This document shows positions 1-9,537 of a stretch of DNA of 64,000 nucleotides, in pieces. The position numbers and the translations under genes were made by a program. Source of the stretch: Candidatus Binataceae bacterium (lineage in GTDB: Bacteria; Desulfobacterota; Binatia; Binatales; Binataceae); the NCBI GenBank assembly GCA_963789715.1, contig CAWBLQ010000006.1, positions 431,007 through 495,006 on the forward strand. Reading direction: 5' to 3'. The stretch's first letter is position 1; every line of letters starts with the position of its first letter. The notes beneath the pieces are model-generated. The model had not been told where the DNA came from. It was given only the letters and a program-made list of their open reading frames with translations, and did no database searches.

Positions 1-1
1 A

Positions 2-150
2 CTCGGCGACGCACTCGCGAAGAAAACCGGCGGTCTCGACGTCGGCTTCGGATGGCCCGTGCGCGACGCGCTGACAGTCGATCGCGCCGAAGTACTCGAC
101 GCGTTCCGCGAGCTCGAACCGCTCTACCGCGTGCTCCGCTCCGTCGCTTG
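2..150 (+). CDS. C-terminal fragment of an unidentified CDS that starts upstream of the window
   Basis: Open frame from nt 2 to the TGA at 148-150 (…VRDALTVDRAEVLDAFRELEPLYRVLRSVA*). Too short to assign a family. Confidence 0.25.
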
Positions 151-185
151 AATCCGTTCCAAAGCACGGGCCGGCGAATCGTCGG

Positions 186-437
186 TCAGTTTGAAACTAG
201 CGAGCCGTGAACGCACGCGCGCCGCTCAACACGTCCGAATAATTGCCCTGCCTGCTCCATAATCGGAGCGAGGTCGGTGTCCCATCGTTCGCCGCATTTG
301 CACTCGTAGTGCTGGCAGTCTCTCAGATACTTTGCTTCGATGTTTCGGTTACACTTATTGCATTTCATAGTTGCCTCGGCGAGCGCGAGAGGATCACGCC
401 GGCGTTCTTCCGTCATTCGGCCATGACACCATCGCAC
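186..437 (-). CDS. Small Cys-rich (zinc-ribbon-like) hypothetical protein
   Basis: 83-aa ORF with CNKCN…C.HYECKCGERW cysteine clusters. Co-oriented and 45 nt downstream of the 482-1150 ORF. Lower GC than surrounding core genes. Confidence 0.4.
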   Translation of the reverse strand: MRWCHGRMTEERRRDPLALAEATMKCNKCNRNIEAKYLRDCQHYECKCGERWDTDLAPIMEQAGQLFGRVERRACVHGSLVSN

Positions 438-481
438 TACCTGATATCCTCACGTTAAAACTCCGCGCCTTCGGCGCTGGA

Positions 482-1150
482 CTAAATAAAATCCTCATTC
501 TCATCGTTCTTTAAATCTTCGTTTCTGGGTTGGCGGGGATGAGCCAGTTTCCTTAGTGCCGCCGACGCTGCCCGAACAGCCTCGGAGCTGTAACCCAAGT
601 GCCGCAGGATTTTCGCCTGTATGTCAATCTTCCGTTCGGTGTCATTGTTCGTGTCGGCCCAGTACTCAGTGCCTGGTATCCGCTGTGTCCGGACGCTTGT
701 GCCGCTCGCTAATAGCGACTTTTCCTCCTTCGAAATGCACTTGCGCGTGCCGCCGAAGTCGATTTCTGGTACGCTCTCGAACCCCTTAGGGTCGCGCTTG
801 CACGCATTGGCCAAAATCAGCAAGTACCCCTCCTTCACGCTTCGAGTTGCGCGAAGTTGGGGCGAATCCAGAAAACCCGAGAGTTCCGCGCTTCCTTGAA
901 CTGCTCCCCTTCCGCGCGAAGGAAGCCCAGCGCCTTTCTCGGGGGCGGCGGCGATTTTGGGCAAGATCGGACGGAGGTGAGGAAATTTTTCGAGCAAGGA
1001 GCTTAATGCGCTGTTCGCCCTCTGGTCAGCCTCATCCAGCATAGTCTTGGCCGTGGCCGCCTCTTCGGCTGCGTCGTTGTATTCAATCAACAACTCGAGC
1101 GCCTGCGGCGGGATCTTTGGATACTTTTCCTTACCCTTCGTCGCGTTCAT
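482..1150 (-). CDS. Hypothetical protein (222 aa), no recognisable domain
   Basis: Long ORF in a lower-GC patch with charged N- and C-termini. No family recognised from sequence. Confidence 0.45.
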   Translation of the reverse strand: MNATKGKEKYPKIPPQALELLIEYNDAAEEAATAKTMLDEADQRANSALSSLLEKFPHLRPILPKIAAAPEKGAGLPSRGRGAVQGSAELSGFLDSPQLRATRSVKEGYLLILANACKRDPKGFESVPEIDFGGTRKCISKEEKSLLASGTSVRTQRIPGTEYWADTNNDTERKIDIQAKILRHLGYSSEAVRAASAALRKLAHPRQPRNEDLKNDENEDFI

Positions 1151-1406
1151 CGGGACCTCCTTAATGGACGATGGAAACCATGCGCGAGCTTCGGAATGTT
1201 CGCAGATTCCGAGCCTAGCGAGGTTCCAGAATCATGTCAAGCGGTTCGTGTAGTAACCCGACGCAAAAGGCCAAGGCCACAGAAACCGTCCCACTACCGC
1301 GAATCCCGGGCCACTATGAAGCGGCGGTGGCAAACACTATTGTAGATGGATTGCTCAGCCGCAAATTCGGCGCTCGAGCCGGAAAGCGGCCTCCGGGAAG
1401 GGATTC

Positions 1407-1667
1407 ATGGCGAACAAAGGAAACTGCAAAGCGAAAGACTGCGCGCGCGAGGCGGTCGGCAAGGGCTACTGCCGGATGCATTTCCGGCTCTGGAAAGCCG
1501 GCGAGATGCCCAAGGCGCGCTACAAAACCTGCACCTTCGAGAAATGCCGCAAGCATCGCCACGGCACCAGCAGCCTGTGCGACGAACACTTCAAGGCCAA
1601 GCACGGCAAACCCGGCGAAGCAGCGGCCGCGCCCGAAGCGGCGCCCGCCGAGGCTCCGGCTTCCTGA
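1407..1667 (+). CDS. Small Cys/His-rich zinc-finger-like protein with Ala/Pro-rich tail
   Basis: 86 aa. Two repeated C-x4-C-x9-(Y/L)C-x2-H modules (CKAKDC…YCRMH and CTFEKC…LCDEH). RBS-like GGGAAGGG upstream. Sits directly upstream of dapB. Confidence 0.5.
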   Translation: MANKGNCKAKDCAREAVGKGYCRMHFRLWKAGEMPKARYKTCTFEKCRKHRHGTSSLCDEHFKAKHGKPGEAAAAPEAAPAEAPAS

Positions 1668-1720
1668 CACCGCGACCGCGCTCGCGTCGCGCCCGCCTCG
1701 CGGGGGCAGAGTGACTTCCG

Positions 1721-2518
1721 ATGGCTAATCTAATCGTGGCTGGAGCAGCAGGCCGGATGGGCCGTCTGCTAATCGCGCTTGCGTCGCGCGATCCGGCGCA
1801 CAAAATTGTCGGCGCGCTCGAGGCGCGCGGCAACAGCGCGCTCGGCTCCGACGCCGGCGAGCTCGCCGGTGTAGGTCCGCTCGGCGTGAAAATCATCGAG
1901 GACTATGCGCCGCTCGCAGGGCCCGACACCGTGACGCTGGACTTCACGACTGCCGTCGCCTCGATGGAACATCTCGAGGTCGCCTCGAAAGCCGGCGCCG
2001 CGATCGTGATCGGCTCGACCGGCTTCACGCCCGAGATGGAAACCCGGGCGCGCGAGCTGGCGTCAAAGACCCGCACCGTGATCGCCCCCAACATGAGCAT
2101 CGGGGTCAACGTCCTCGCCAAGATCGTCGCGGAAGTCGCCGCGATCCTTCCCGACTTCGACGCCGAAGTCATCGAGATTCATCATCGCACCAAAATCGAT
2201 GCGCCCAGCGGCACCGCGCTTTCGCTTGGCAAGGCGATCGCGTCGGCGCGCGGCGTGGATTTCGCCTTTAACGCGGTCTTCGGCCGCGAAGGAATCACGG
2301 GCGTCAGGCCCGACGGCAAAATCGCAGTGCTCGCGATGCGCGCGGGCGACGCGGTCGGCGATCACACCGTGATTTTCGGCGGCCAGGGCGAGCGCCTCGA
2401 GCTGATTCATCGCGCGCAGAGCCGCGACTCGCTCGCTCGCGGCGCGCTGCGGGCCGCCGGCTGGCTCGTGAGCCAAAAGCCGGGGCTCTACACGATGCGC
2501 GACGTGCTCGGAATCTAG
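1721..2518 (+). CDS. dapB: 4-hydroxy-tetrahydrodipicolinate reductase
   Basis: 265 aa. N-terminal GAAGRMG Rossmann motif and the diagnostic EIHHRTKIDAPSGTA segment of DapB. Confidence 0.9.
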   Translation: MANLIVAGAAGRMGRLLIALASRDPAHKIVGALEARGNSALGSDAGELAGVGPLGVKIIEDYAPLAGPDTVTLDFTTAVASMEHLEVASKAGAAIVIGSTGFTPEMETRARELASKTRTVIAPNMSIGVNVLAKIVAEVAAILPDFDAEVIEIHHRTKIDAPSGTALSLGKAIASARGVDFAFNAVFGREGITGVRPDGKIAVLAMRAGDAVGDHTVIFGGQGERLELIHRAQSRDSLARGALRAAGWLVSQKPGLYTMRDVLGI

Positions 2519-2530
2519 CTTGACGCGCAG

Positions 2531-3580
2531 CTACTGTATCGGATGATTGCCGGGTTCGTGCTTGGGCCGCGGGGGCGGTGGTTCGCCCATCTCGGCGCCT
2601 TCATGGTCGAGCATCGCCCACCGCTCGATGAGCTTGACGCCGAGTCCGCGATGACCGCGGATGAAGTACGTCGCCATCGCGATCAGCGCCAGGATATTTC
2701 CCGCGACGATCTTCCACCATCCCAGCGCCTCGAGCGCCGACTGATCGATCAGCGAAACGAATCCGACAAAGAAGACCTCGAAGACCGCCAGCAGGAGCAG
2801 CGCGCCGAGCACCATGAACGGTTCCCACTCGGACGCCGCGAGCAAAATCGCCAGCGCCAGCCCGAACGTGACGAACGCGAAGAAATGCAGAATCGAGTAG
2901 CCCAGCACCAACGGCAACGTCGCCTCGATGCCGTCGCTCACGCCCGCGCTGCGAAAGACCATCGCACCGAGAATCGCCGGCGTGTGAAACGAATTGCCCG
3001 AGGCGAGGTCGTAGGCCATGAACCAGATGGCGACGACGATCCCGCCCACCAGTCCCGCCGTCACGCCTTCGCGCGCGACTGTGATCCAGCCGCCCAGCAG
3101 ATTGAACGCGAGCGCGGGATGGCGCCAGAAAAAATACGAAAGCATCGCGGCCGTGGCGAGCAGATTGCCGACGATGATGCCCCACCAGGTCAGCTCGACC
3201 ATCACGTTCGGCCCCAGGAACAGCACCACCGCGATGAAGAAGACCTCGAACGCGACGAAAAAAATCGCCAGCGAGAAAAGCAGCGCCGACTCGGTCTCGC
3301 AGGCTTCCAGCAGCAATCCTCCGGCGATGCCGAAGGCGACGAATGCGCCGAAGTGGATCAGCGAATATTCCAGCGCCAGCAGCGCCAGCCCGCGATGAAC
3401 CTCGTGACTGTGCGAGCCGTGCAGAATCGTCGCGGCCAGCAGAGCCGGCGTCTCCAGTGCGTGGCCGCGAATTACGTCGAAGATTAGAAACCAGACTGCG
3501 ACCACCAGCGCGCCGATGAGTCCGGCGACCGCTCCGTCGATGATGATCCGCGTCCTCGAGTGCTCCATGTTCCTCGTCAC
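2531..3580 (-). CDS. Internally duplicated polytopic membrane protein of unknown function (two homologous halves of about 160 aa)
   Basis: The two halves align, e.g. GxxxGLIGALVVAVWF…LEYSLIHFGAFVAF…VFEVFF…WWGIIVGN versus GLVGGIVVAIWF…LGYSILHFFAFVTF…VFEVFF…WWKIVAGN. Co-oriented immediately downstream of ctaG. Confidence 0.6.
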   Translation of the reverse strand: MTRNMEHSRTRIIIDGAVAGLIGALVVAVWFLIFDVIRGHALETPALLAATILHGSHSHEVHRGLALLALEYSLIHFGAFVAFGIAGGLLLEACETESALLFSLAIFFVAFEVFFIAVVLFLGPNVMVELTWWGIIVGNLLATAAMLSYFFWRHPALAFNLLGGWITVAREGVTAGLVGGIVVAIWFMAYDLASGNSFHTPAILGAMVFRSAGVSDGIEATLPLVLGYSILHFFAFVTFGLALAILLAASEWEPFMVLGALLLLAVFEVFFVGFVSLIDQSALEALGWWKIVAGNILALIAMATYFIRGHRGLGVKLIERWAMLDHEGAEMGEPPPPRPKHEPGNHPIQ

Positions 3581-3656
3581 GCGGCCGGCCCGTGCGGGCC
3601 GTATTAACCTCGTGTCTGCTCAACTAGTAACGCACAAGGTTCGCACCCGGCAAGCG

Positions 3657-4463
3657 TCACGTACGCGCCCGCACCACCCGCAGCTCCGGAGGCGTCGACG
3701 CGGGCAGAGCCGGCATGTCGCGGTCCTCGCGCTGCGACCAGCGGTAGAAGATAAATGTGAAAACGATCATCAGGTAGGTGCCCTGCCCGATCCACATGAT
3801 CAGCCCGCCCAGCACCTGGTCGTCGATCGGCTTGAGGCCCCATCCGTGCGCGCCCTCGGTGTACCACGGATAAATCACGCGGGTCGCCAGCGTGATCGGC
3901 GCGGCCACCGCCGTCATCGGAATCATCAGCAGGAACAGGTAAAGGATTTGCGCCGGGTAAGAGAGCCGCGGCAGCTCCGGCACCGGGCTCAGAATCGGCC
4001 ACCACAGGATCACGCCGGACGCCATGAACAGCAGGTGCAGAAAGATGTGAAAATTCTCGTCGCGGCACATCCGATCGAAGATCGGCGGAAAGTGCGCGGT
4101 CACAAAGACCGCGGCAAAAATCAGGAACGCGATCACCGGCTTCGTGAGGATGCGCGCGACCGGCTTGATCGGCCGGCTCAGAATCCACGGCCGCAGCATC
4201 CAGCCGGGTGTCCCCAGCAGGAGCAGCGGCGGAATCAGAAAAGTCTCCATCAGATGCTGCAGCATGTGCATCGAGAAGATTCGCGCGTCCGCGAGCTCGT
4301 CGAGCTCGGTGTGCGCGAATAGAATCGCGCCCATCGCGATCGCAAACCACATCGCCTGGCGCCGCGTTGGTTTGCGGCCGGCCGCGCGGCACGCGCCGAG
4401 GTAAATCGCGACTAGGATCGCGACGCCTATCGGTATGCTCGGATGTTCGCCGAAGATATCCAT
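3657..4463 (-). CDS. ctaG: caa3-type cytochrome c oxidase assembly factor CtaG (Caa3_CtaG family)
   Basis: Polytopic membrane protein with a Caa3_CtaG-like pattern (MHMLQH…PPLLLLG…HLLFMASGVILWWPIL). I chose the start at the internal Met (MDIFGEH…) after the coxIV stop, because the longer track ORF would overlap coxIV. Confidence 0.7.
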   Translation of the reverse strand: MDIFGEHPSIPIGVAILVAIYLGACRAAGRKPTRRQAMWFAIAMGAILFAHTELDELADARIFSMHMLQHLMETFLIPPLLLLGTPGWMLRPWILSRPIKPVARILTKPVIAFLIFAAVFVTAHFPPIFDRMCRDENFHIFLHLLFMASGVILWWPILSPVPELPRLSYPAQILYLFLLMIPMTAVAAPITLATRVIYPWYTEGAHGWGLKPIDDQVLGGLIMWIGQGTYLMIVFTFIFYRWSQREDRDMPALPASTPPELRVVRART

Positions 4464-4477
4464 CGTCAAAGAAGCCG

Positions 4478-4807
4478 CTACCCCATCGGCGCCATGTGAT
4501 GCGACAGGTACGCAAAAAGCAGGATGAGTGAGATCAGCAAGACCGTCGCCATCATCAATGGGAAGACGAACACTCCGGTCAGCAACCATCCGTCGTACTT
4601 CAAATGCATGTAGAACATCGCGACCAGCGCGAATTTGGCGGCGCCCAGTACGATCAGGACCGGCACCAGCACGGGCCGGAGCTCATGCACGTAGAAGACG
4701 GTGATCTCCATCGCCGTCAAAATGACCAGGAACGCCGCGATGATCAGATAGGTCGCAGCACCAGGATGACGAACCTGCCCGCCGTGGACTTCTGCAATAT
4801 CGCTCAT
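4478..4807 (-). CDS. ctaF: Cytochrome c oxidase subunit IV (caa3-type, small 3-TM subunit)
   Basis: 109-aa hydrophobic ORF (MSDIAEVHGG…FYMHLKYDGW…). Its ATG overlaps the ctaD stop as ATGA. The rest of track ORF 4478..6037 is an out-of-frame artefact. Confidence 0.65.
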   Translation of the reverse strand: MSDIAEVHGGQVRHPGAATYLIIAAFLVILTAMEITVFYVHELRPVLVPVLIVLGAAKFALVAMFYMHLKYDGWLLTGVFVFPLMMATVLLISLILLFAYLSHHMAPMG

Positions 4808-7275
4808 GCTCCAGGCACCGCCTGCATTAGATAGACGAGAGTAAAGATGATGATCCACACGACGTCGACGAAATGCCAGTAAAGTCCCGCGAGCTCGACT
4901 GACAGCGCGCGCGACTGGCCGAGCTTGCCGGTCATAGCGGCCGCCAACAGCACCGACAGCCAGATCACCCCGATCGCGACGTGGCCACCGTGAAACCCGA
5001 CCAGCACGAAGAACGACTGCGAGAACAGGTTGGTCGTGAGCCCCATGCCCTCGCGGTAGAAGCTGGTGAACTCGTAAACCTGCCCACACAGAAAAATCAG
5101 TCCGAACGTGACCGTGCCGGCGAGCCAGATTCGCTCCCATCGCTTGTCGCCGCGCTGTGTGGCCGCGAGCGCCAGCACCATCAGCAGCGAACTCATCAGC
5201 AGGATGAAGGTGCTGAACGAGGTCAGCGGGATGTTGAGAATTTTCGGTCCCGGCCCTGAGACGCTGCGCGATTTGTAAACGATGAAGGTCGAGATCAAGC
5301 TCGCGAAGAACACGCACTCTGAGCCGATGAACGACCACACGCCAATTTTGCGCACGTCGATTCCGCCCGACGAAGGCGCGTGCTCCGGATCGTGCGACGC
5401 CTCGCCAAAGTCCGCGTACTCGAATCCCATCCCGATGACCGACAAGACCACGACCGCCGCGCCGATGAAAACGATGCGATACCATTCGATGATGAGACCG
5501 AGGCCCATCATTCCCGCGCCAAGACTCATCACCAGCGGGAAGATCGAAGGCGCCGGCATGTGGATGTCCGCAACGGAGACCGGTTCGCTGGGCGGTTGCG
5601 ACGGCGCCTGCCCCGACATGTAAGCGGCGACGCCGCGCGAGCCGGCGCGCCGGTACTTCAGAATCCACCACGCGTCGCGGCCGCGAATTTGCGGGATCGT
5701 CGCGAAGTTGTACGCCGGCGGCGGCGACGGCGTGGACCATTCGAGGCTGCGGCCGTCCCATGGATCGGCGAGCGCGCGCTCCCCGCTGATGAGACTCTTG
5801 AAAATGTTGATGTAGAAAAGCAGGAACGCGATGCCGAGAATGAACGCGCCGATCGTCTCGAGCTGGTTGATACGCGTCCAGCCCATATCCGCGCCGTAGG
5901 TGTAGGTGCGCCGCGGCATCCCCCACATCCCGAGAATATGCATCGGGAAAAACGTGAGGTTGAATCCGATCACCGTCAGCCAGAACTGCCACTTGCCCAG
6001 CCGCTCGCCGAGCATCCGTCCGCTGATCTTCGGCCACCAGTAATAGAACGCCGACAGGATCGCGAACATCACGCCGCCGAACAGCACGTAGTGAAAGTGC
6101 GCGACGACGAAGTACGAATCGGTCTGCTGGAGATCAATCGGCGCCGATGCGTGCATGATTCCGCTGAGGCCGCCGATCGTGAACTCGAGCACCATCCCGA
6201 GCGCGAAGTAGAGTGCGGTCGTCATGCGCAGCGAGCCGCCCCAGACCGTTGCGATCCAGCTGAAAACTTTCACGCCGGTGGGAATCGCGATAAGCATCGA
6301 TGTGATCGCAAACGCCGAGTCTGCGACCGGGCCCATTCCGGTCGCGAACATGTGATGTCCCCACACGCCGTACGACAGGAACGCGATCAGGCAGATCGAG
6401 TACGCCATCATCGGATAGCCGAATAGCGGCTTGCGCGAGAACGTGGGAATGACTTCCGAGATGATCCCAAAGGCCGGCAGCGCCATGATGTACACTTCGG
6501 GATGACCGAACAACCAGAACAGATGCTGCCACAGGATCGGCGTGGCGCCCGCCGACGCGACGTAAAAGTGGGTGTCGAAGAAACGATCGAAGAGCAGGAA
6601 GATCAGTCCGATGGTGAGCGCCGGAAACGCGATCAGAATCAGGATTGACGTTACCATCAGCGCCCAGATGAACATCGGCATGCGCATGTACGTCATGCCC
6701 GGCGCGCGCATCGCGATGATCGTAGTCAGGAAGTTGAGGCCGGTGAGAACCGTCGAAGTGCCCGACACCAGGAGCCCGATCACCCACCAATCGATCGCAA
6801 GGCCTGGCGTGAAGTAGCGCTCGGTCAGGTTCGCATAGCCGAACCAGCCCGCATCGGGAAGGCCGCCGCGAATCCAGCCGAGATGCAGCAGGATGCCCGC
6901 AACCAGCGCCAGCCAGAAGCTCAATGCATTGAGCCGCGGGAACGCGACGTCGCGCGCGCCTATCTGCAGCGGGATAAGGAAGTTACCGAAAAATCCGAGC
7001 AGCAGCGGCATGACGACGAGGAAGATCATCGTCGTCCCATGCATCGTGAAAAACGCGTTGTAGGTCGCCGCCGACAGCGCGTGATTGTCGGGCCGCCACA
7101 GCTGTACGCGAATCGCCATCGCCTCGAGTCCGCCGAACGCCATGAAGAACAGCGCGCTGGCGAGGTACATGACGGCGACGCGCTTGTGATCGATCGTCAT
7201 CAGCCATCCGACTATTCCGCCACCTTCGAGGTAGCTCGGCTGATGCACTGGGATTGGTTTCGGTTGCGCAGCCAT
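4804..7275 (-). CDS. ctaD: Cytochrome c oxidase subunit I fused to subunit III (caa3-type CtaD-CtaE fusion)
   Basis: 823 aa. Haem-copper oxidase subunit I core motifs (WFFGHPEVYI, HHMF, VAHFHYVL), then a C-terminal seven-helix subunit-III-like extension, as in Thermus/Rhodothermus caa3. Confidence 0.9.
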   Translation of the reverse strand: MAAQPKPIPVHQPSYLEGGGIVGWLMTIDHKRVAVMYLASALFFMAFGGLEAMAIRVQLWRPDNHALSAATYNAFFTMHGTTMIFLVVMPLLLGFFGNFLIPLQIGARDVAFPRLNALSFWLALVAGILLHLGWIRGGLPDAGWFGYANLTERYFTPGLAIDWWVIGLLVSGTSTVLTGLNFLTTIIAMRAPGMTYMRMPMFIWALMVTSILILIAFPALTIGLIFLLFDRFFDTHFYVASAGATPILWQHLFWLFGHPEVYIMALPAFGIISEVIPTFSRKPLFGYPMMAYSICLIAFLSYGVWGHHMFATGMGPVADSAFAITSMLIAIPTGVKVFSWIATVWGGSLRMTTALYFALGMVLEFTIGGLSGIMHASAPIDLQQTDSYFVVAHFHYVLFGGVMFAILSAFYYWWPKISGRMLGERLGKWQFWLTVIGFNLTFFPMHILGMWGMPRRTYTYGADMGWTRINQLETIGAFILGIAFLLFYINIFKSLISGERALADPWDGRSLEWSTPSPPPAYNFATIPQIRGRDAWWILKYRRAGSRGVAAYMSGQAPSQPPSEPVSVADIHMPAPSIFPLVMSLGAGMMGLGLIIEWYRIVFIGAAVVVLSVIGMGFEYADFGEASHDPEHAPSSGGIDVRKIGVWSFIGSECVFFASLISTFIVYKSRSVSGPGPKILNIPLTSFSTFILLMSSLLMVLALAATQRGDKRWERIWLAGTVTFGLIFLCGQVYEFTSFYREGMGLTTNLFSQSFFVLVGFHGGHVAIGVIWLSVLLAAAMTGKLGQSRALSVELAGLYWHFVDVVWIIIFTLVYLMQAVPGA

Positions 7276-7285
7276 GCGACGCTCC

Positions 7286-8314
7286 CTATTTCAGACTCTC
7301 GAGATACGCGACCAGGGCGTTCAGCTTCGGCCCCGGCAGAAGCAGCGCCGGCATATTCGCGCCCGGCTTGACTTCCTGTGGATTCTGGATCCACTTCGCG
7401 ACGTTTTCGGGCGTGTTCTTCAGCACCCCTGCGGCCAGCGTCGTGCGGCTGCCGAAATGCGTCAGGTCGGGTCCGATGTAGCCCTTCGAGATGCCCTGGA
7501 CCATGTGGCAGGTCGTGCATGGACTGTCGGCGAATACCTTTGCGCCGTCAGACGCCAACAGATCGCTCGGCGGCGTTGCAGCCGGACCGGCAAGCTGCGC
7601 CCGATCCCAATTCGCGAAATCTTCAGGCGAGTCGACGAACGTCCGAAAGCGCATGTTCGCGTGCGACAGCCCGCAAAACTCGGCGCATTGCCCCGGGTAC
7701 ATTCCCGGTACCGTCGCGACGAATGTCAGCTCGTTGATTTGGCCCGGCACCACGTCGCGTTTGCCGCCAAGTTGCGGGACCCAGAAGCTGTGAATGATGT
7801 CGGCGGATTCCAGCATCAGGCGAATCGGCCGGTTGACGGGAATGTGCAGTTCGTTGCCGGTTTTCGCGCCGTCCGGATACTGAAACTCCCACCACCACTG
7901 GTGCGCGATCACTTTGATCTCCAGCGCGCCCGATGGTGCGACCGCCGGCTGCGAGCGGAAGATGGTGCGTATCGTCGGCACCGAGATCATCAGCAGCACG
8001 AGCGTGGGGCCGAGCGTCCAGGCAATCTCCAGGCCCAGATCGGACGACGCGGTCGAAGCCGGGGCCGCCTCGCCGACGCGAGAAGAGAAGACGAACACGG
8101 CGAGGACAAACGCGGAGACCACGATCGCGAGGATAATCGCGTCCCACGCCGTCACTTCGATGTAAAGACTCTGAATCCACTGCGCCAGGTCCGACTTCGG
8201 CGCGAGCGTAGTCATCGGCCGGTCTTTCGCCGAGCACCCTGCAATAGCCAGTGCAATAGCCATTTGCATAGCTACTGTGGCGATCAAATGCGTGCTTGAA
8301 CCGCGCCTGTTCAT
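7286..8314 (-). CDS. ctaC: Cytochrome c oxidase subunit II with C-terminal cytochrome c domain (caa3 subunit IIc)
   Basis: CuA-site motifs (HSFWVPQLGGK, CAEFCGLSHANM) and a C-terminal CTTCH haem-binding motif. I chose the start at MNRRG…, overlapping the actF stop as ATGA. The track ORF extends further upstream. Confidence 0.85.
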   Translation of the reverse strand: MNRRGSSTHLIATVAMQMAIALAIAGCSAKDRPMTTLAPKSDLAQWIQSLYIEVTAWDAIILAIVVSAFVLAVFVFSSRVGEAAPASTASSDLGLEIAWTLGPTLVLLMISVPTIRTIFRSQPAVAPSGALEIKVIAHQWWWEFQYPDGAKTGNELHIPVNRPIRLMLESADIIHSFWVPQLGGKRDVVPGQINELTFVATVPGMYPGQCAEFCGLSHANMRFRTFVDSPEDFANWDRAQLAGPAATPPSDLLASDGAKVFADSPCTTCHMVQGISKGYIGPDLTHFGSRTTLAAGVLKNTPENVAKWIQNPQEVKPGANMPALLLPGPKLNALVAYLESLK

Positions 8315-9531
8315 TCGGCGTCGTCTCCAACCGGCTCTCCCGAGGTCGCGGCCTGCGCAACGCGGTTCAAGCCCGGCACTGCCGAAACGAGAAACGCGCC
8401 CAGGAACCCGATCGAGATCAAAAATTGCGTCGGCCCAAACGGAATCGCGTCGAGCGAGAGCGACGGAACCACCAGCACATAGCGCTCGAGCCACATTCCG
8501 ACCAGCCCCAATCCCGCCACCGTGCCGAGAATCACCGGCGTCTTCTTGGTCCGTACGCTCATCAGCACCGTAAACGGAATCAGCCAGATCAGGACCAGGC
8601 ATGCCACCGACAGCGGCGACCACGGCATGTGATGCACCCGCTGAACGATGAAGAAAGTTTCGACCGGCAGGTCGCCGTACCAGATCACGATGTACTGCGC
8701 GAACAGCAGGTATATCCAGAACACCGAGAACGCGAAAACCATCTTGCCGAAGTCGTGCATGACAATGGGATTCGTGAACAGGTTGTTCTCACCCAGGCGT
8801 CCGCGCAACACCACCGCTGTCAGAGCCATCGCGGTCAATCCGCTCCAGAAACACCCGGCGAAAAAATACCAGCCGAAGAGTGTGCTGCGCCACACCGGCG
8901 CGAGCGACATGACCAAATCGAATGCGATCAGCGTGTAGACGGCGGCGAACAAGACCGCGACCAGGGGCGCGAGCACTCGGATCGAATGCGGCGGCAACTG
9001 GATGTCGTCGGTCGCGATCGTCCATGCGCGTGCGTCGTCACCACGCGAGACACGAATGAACGCGAAGCTCGCCGCAGCCATCACGCCGAGCCCGATACCA
9101 TCGCGTGCAAAGAGAAACGGAGTGTTCAGCCACGCGGCCTTCTGCGCAATCGGATGCGTTACCCAGGGAAAGATCAGGCTGCGGCCGAAGTACAGTCCGA
9201 AGAACAGAAAAAATCCCACCCACAGAAATGGCGCGAACGCTTCGCCGAGCCGATACGGCGTCGAACCGCCCCACTTTGCCTGCGTCAGATAGAAGGCCGC
9301 GGACGCGACCAGCGCGCCCTGCGCAACGCCAAGGAAGAACAGAAGGTTGACGAGATAGGCTTGCCATGCGATCTCGGCGCCGCCACGCGACAGCGCGAGC
9401 ACGAACGCGATCGCGCCGAGCACGATCATCGCACCGGCAACGGTCGTCATCGTCGCGCCTGCCACCGACTCGACCAGTTGCGGCTTCATCGCGCCGCGCT
9501 CGCGACGCGCACTTTGAAGCTGAGTGCTCAT
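8311..9531 (-). CDS. actF: Alternative complex III subunit ActF (NrfD/PsrC-like membrane subunit)
   Basis: 406-aa polytopic membrane protein immediately downstream of actD in an actABCD context. NrfD-like hydrophobicity pattern. Confidence 0.7.
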   Translation of the reverse strand: MSTQLQSARRERGAMKPQLVESVAGATMTTVAGAMIVLGAIAFVLALSRGGAEIAWQAYLVNLLFFLGVAQGALVASAAFYLTQAKWGGSTPYRLGEAFAPFLWVGFFLFFGLYFGRSLIFPWVTHPIAQKAAWLNTPFLFARDGIGLGVMAAASFAFIRVSRGDDARAWTIATDDIQLPPHSIRVLAPLVAVLFAAVYTLIAFDLVMSLAPVWRSTLFGWYFFAGCFWSGLTAMALTAVVLRGRLGENNLFTNPIVMHDFGKMVFAFSVFWIYLLFAQYIVIWYGDLPVETFFIVQRVHHMPWSPLSVACLVLIWLIPFTVLMSVRTKKTPVILGTVAGLGLVGMWLERYVLVVPSLSLDAIPFGPTQFLISIGFLGAFLVSAVPGLNRVAQAATSGEPVGDDAE

Positions 9532-9537
9532 CGCCGT

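Noticed and set aside
2543-3623. Long ORFs on both strands (2543..3487 +, 2601..3623 -) overlapping the duplicated membrane protein gene
   Set aside because: Arg/His/Asp-rich translations typical of out-of-frame and antisense reading of high-GC coding DNA. The membrane-protein frame has coherent TM periodicity and internal duplication.
4478-6037. 519-aa minus-strand ORF overlapping ctaD in another frame
   Set aside because: Only its last 109 codons (coxIV) are genuine. The remainder is a frame-shifted shadow of the subunit I gene.
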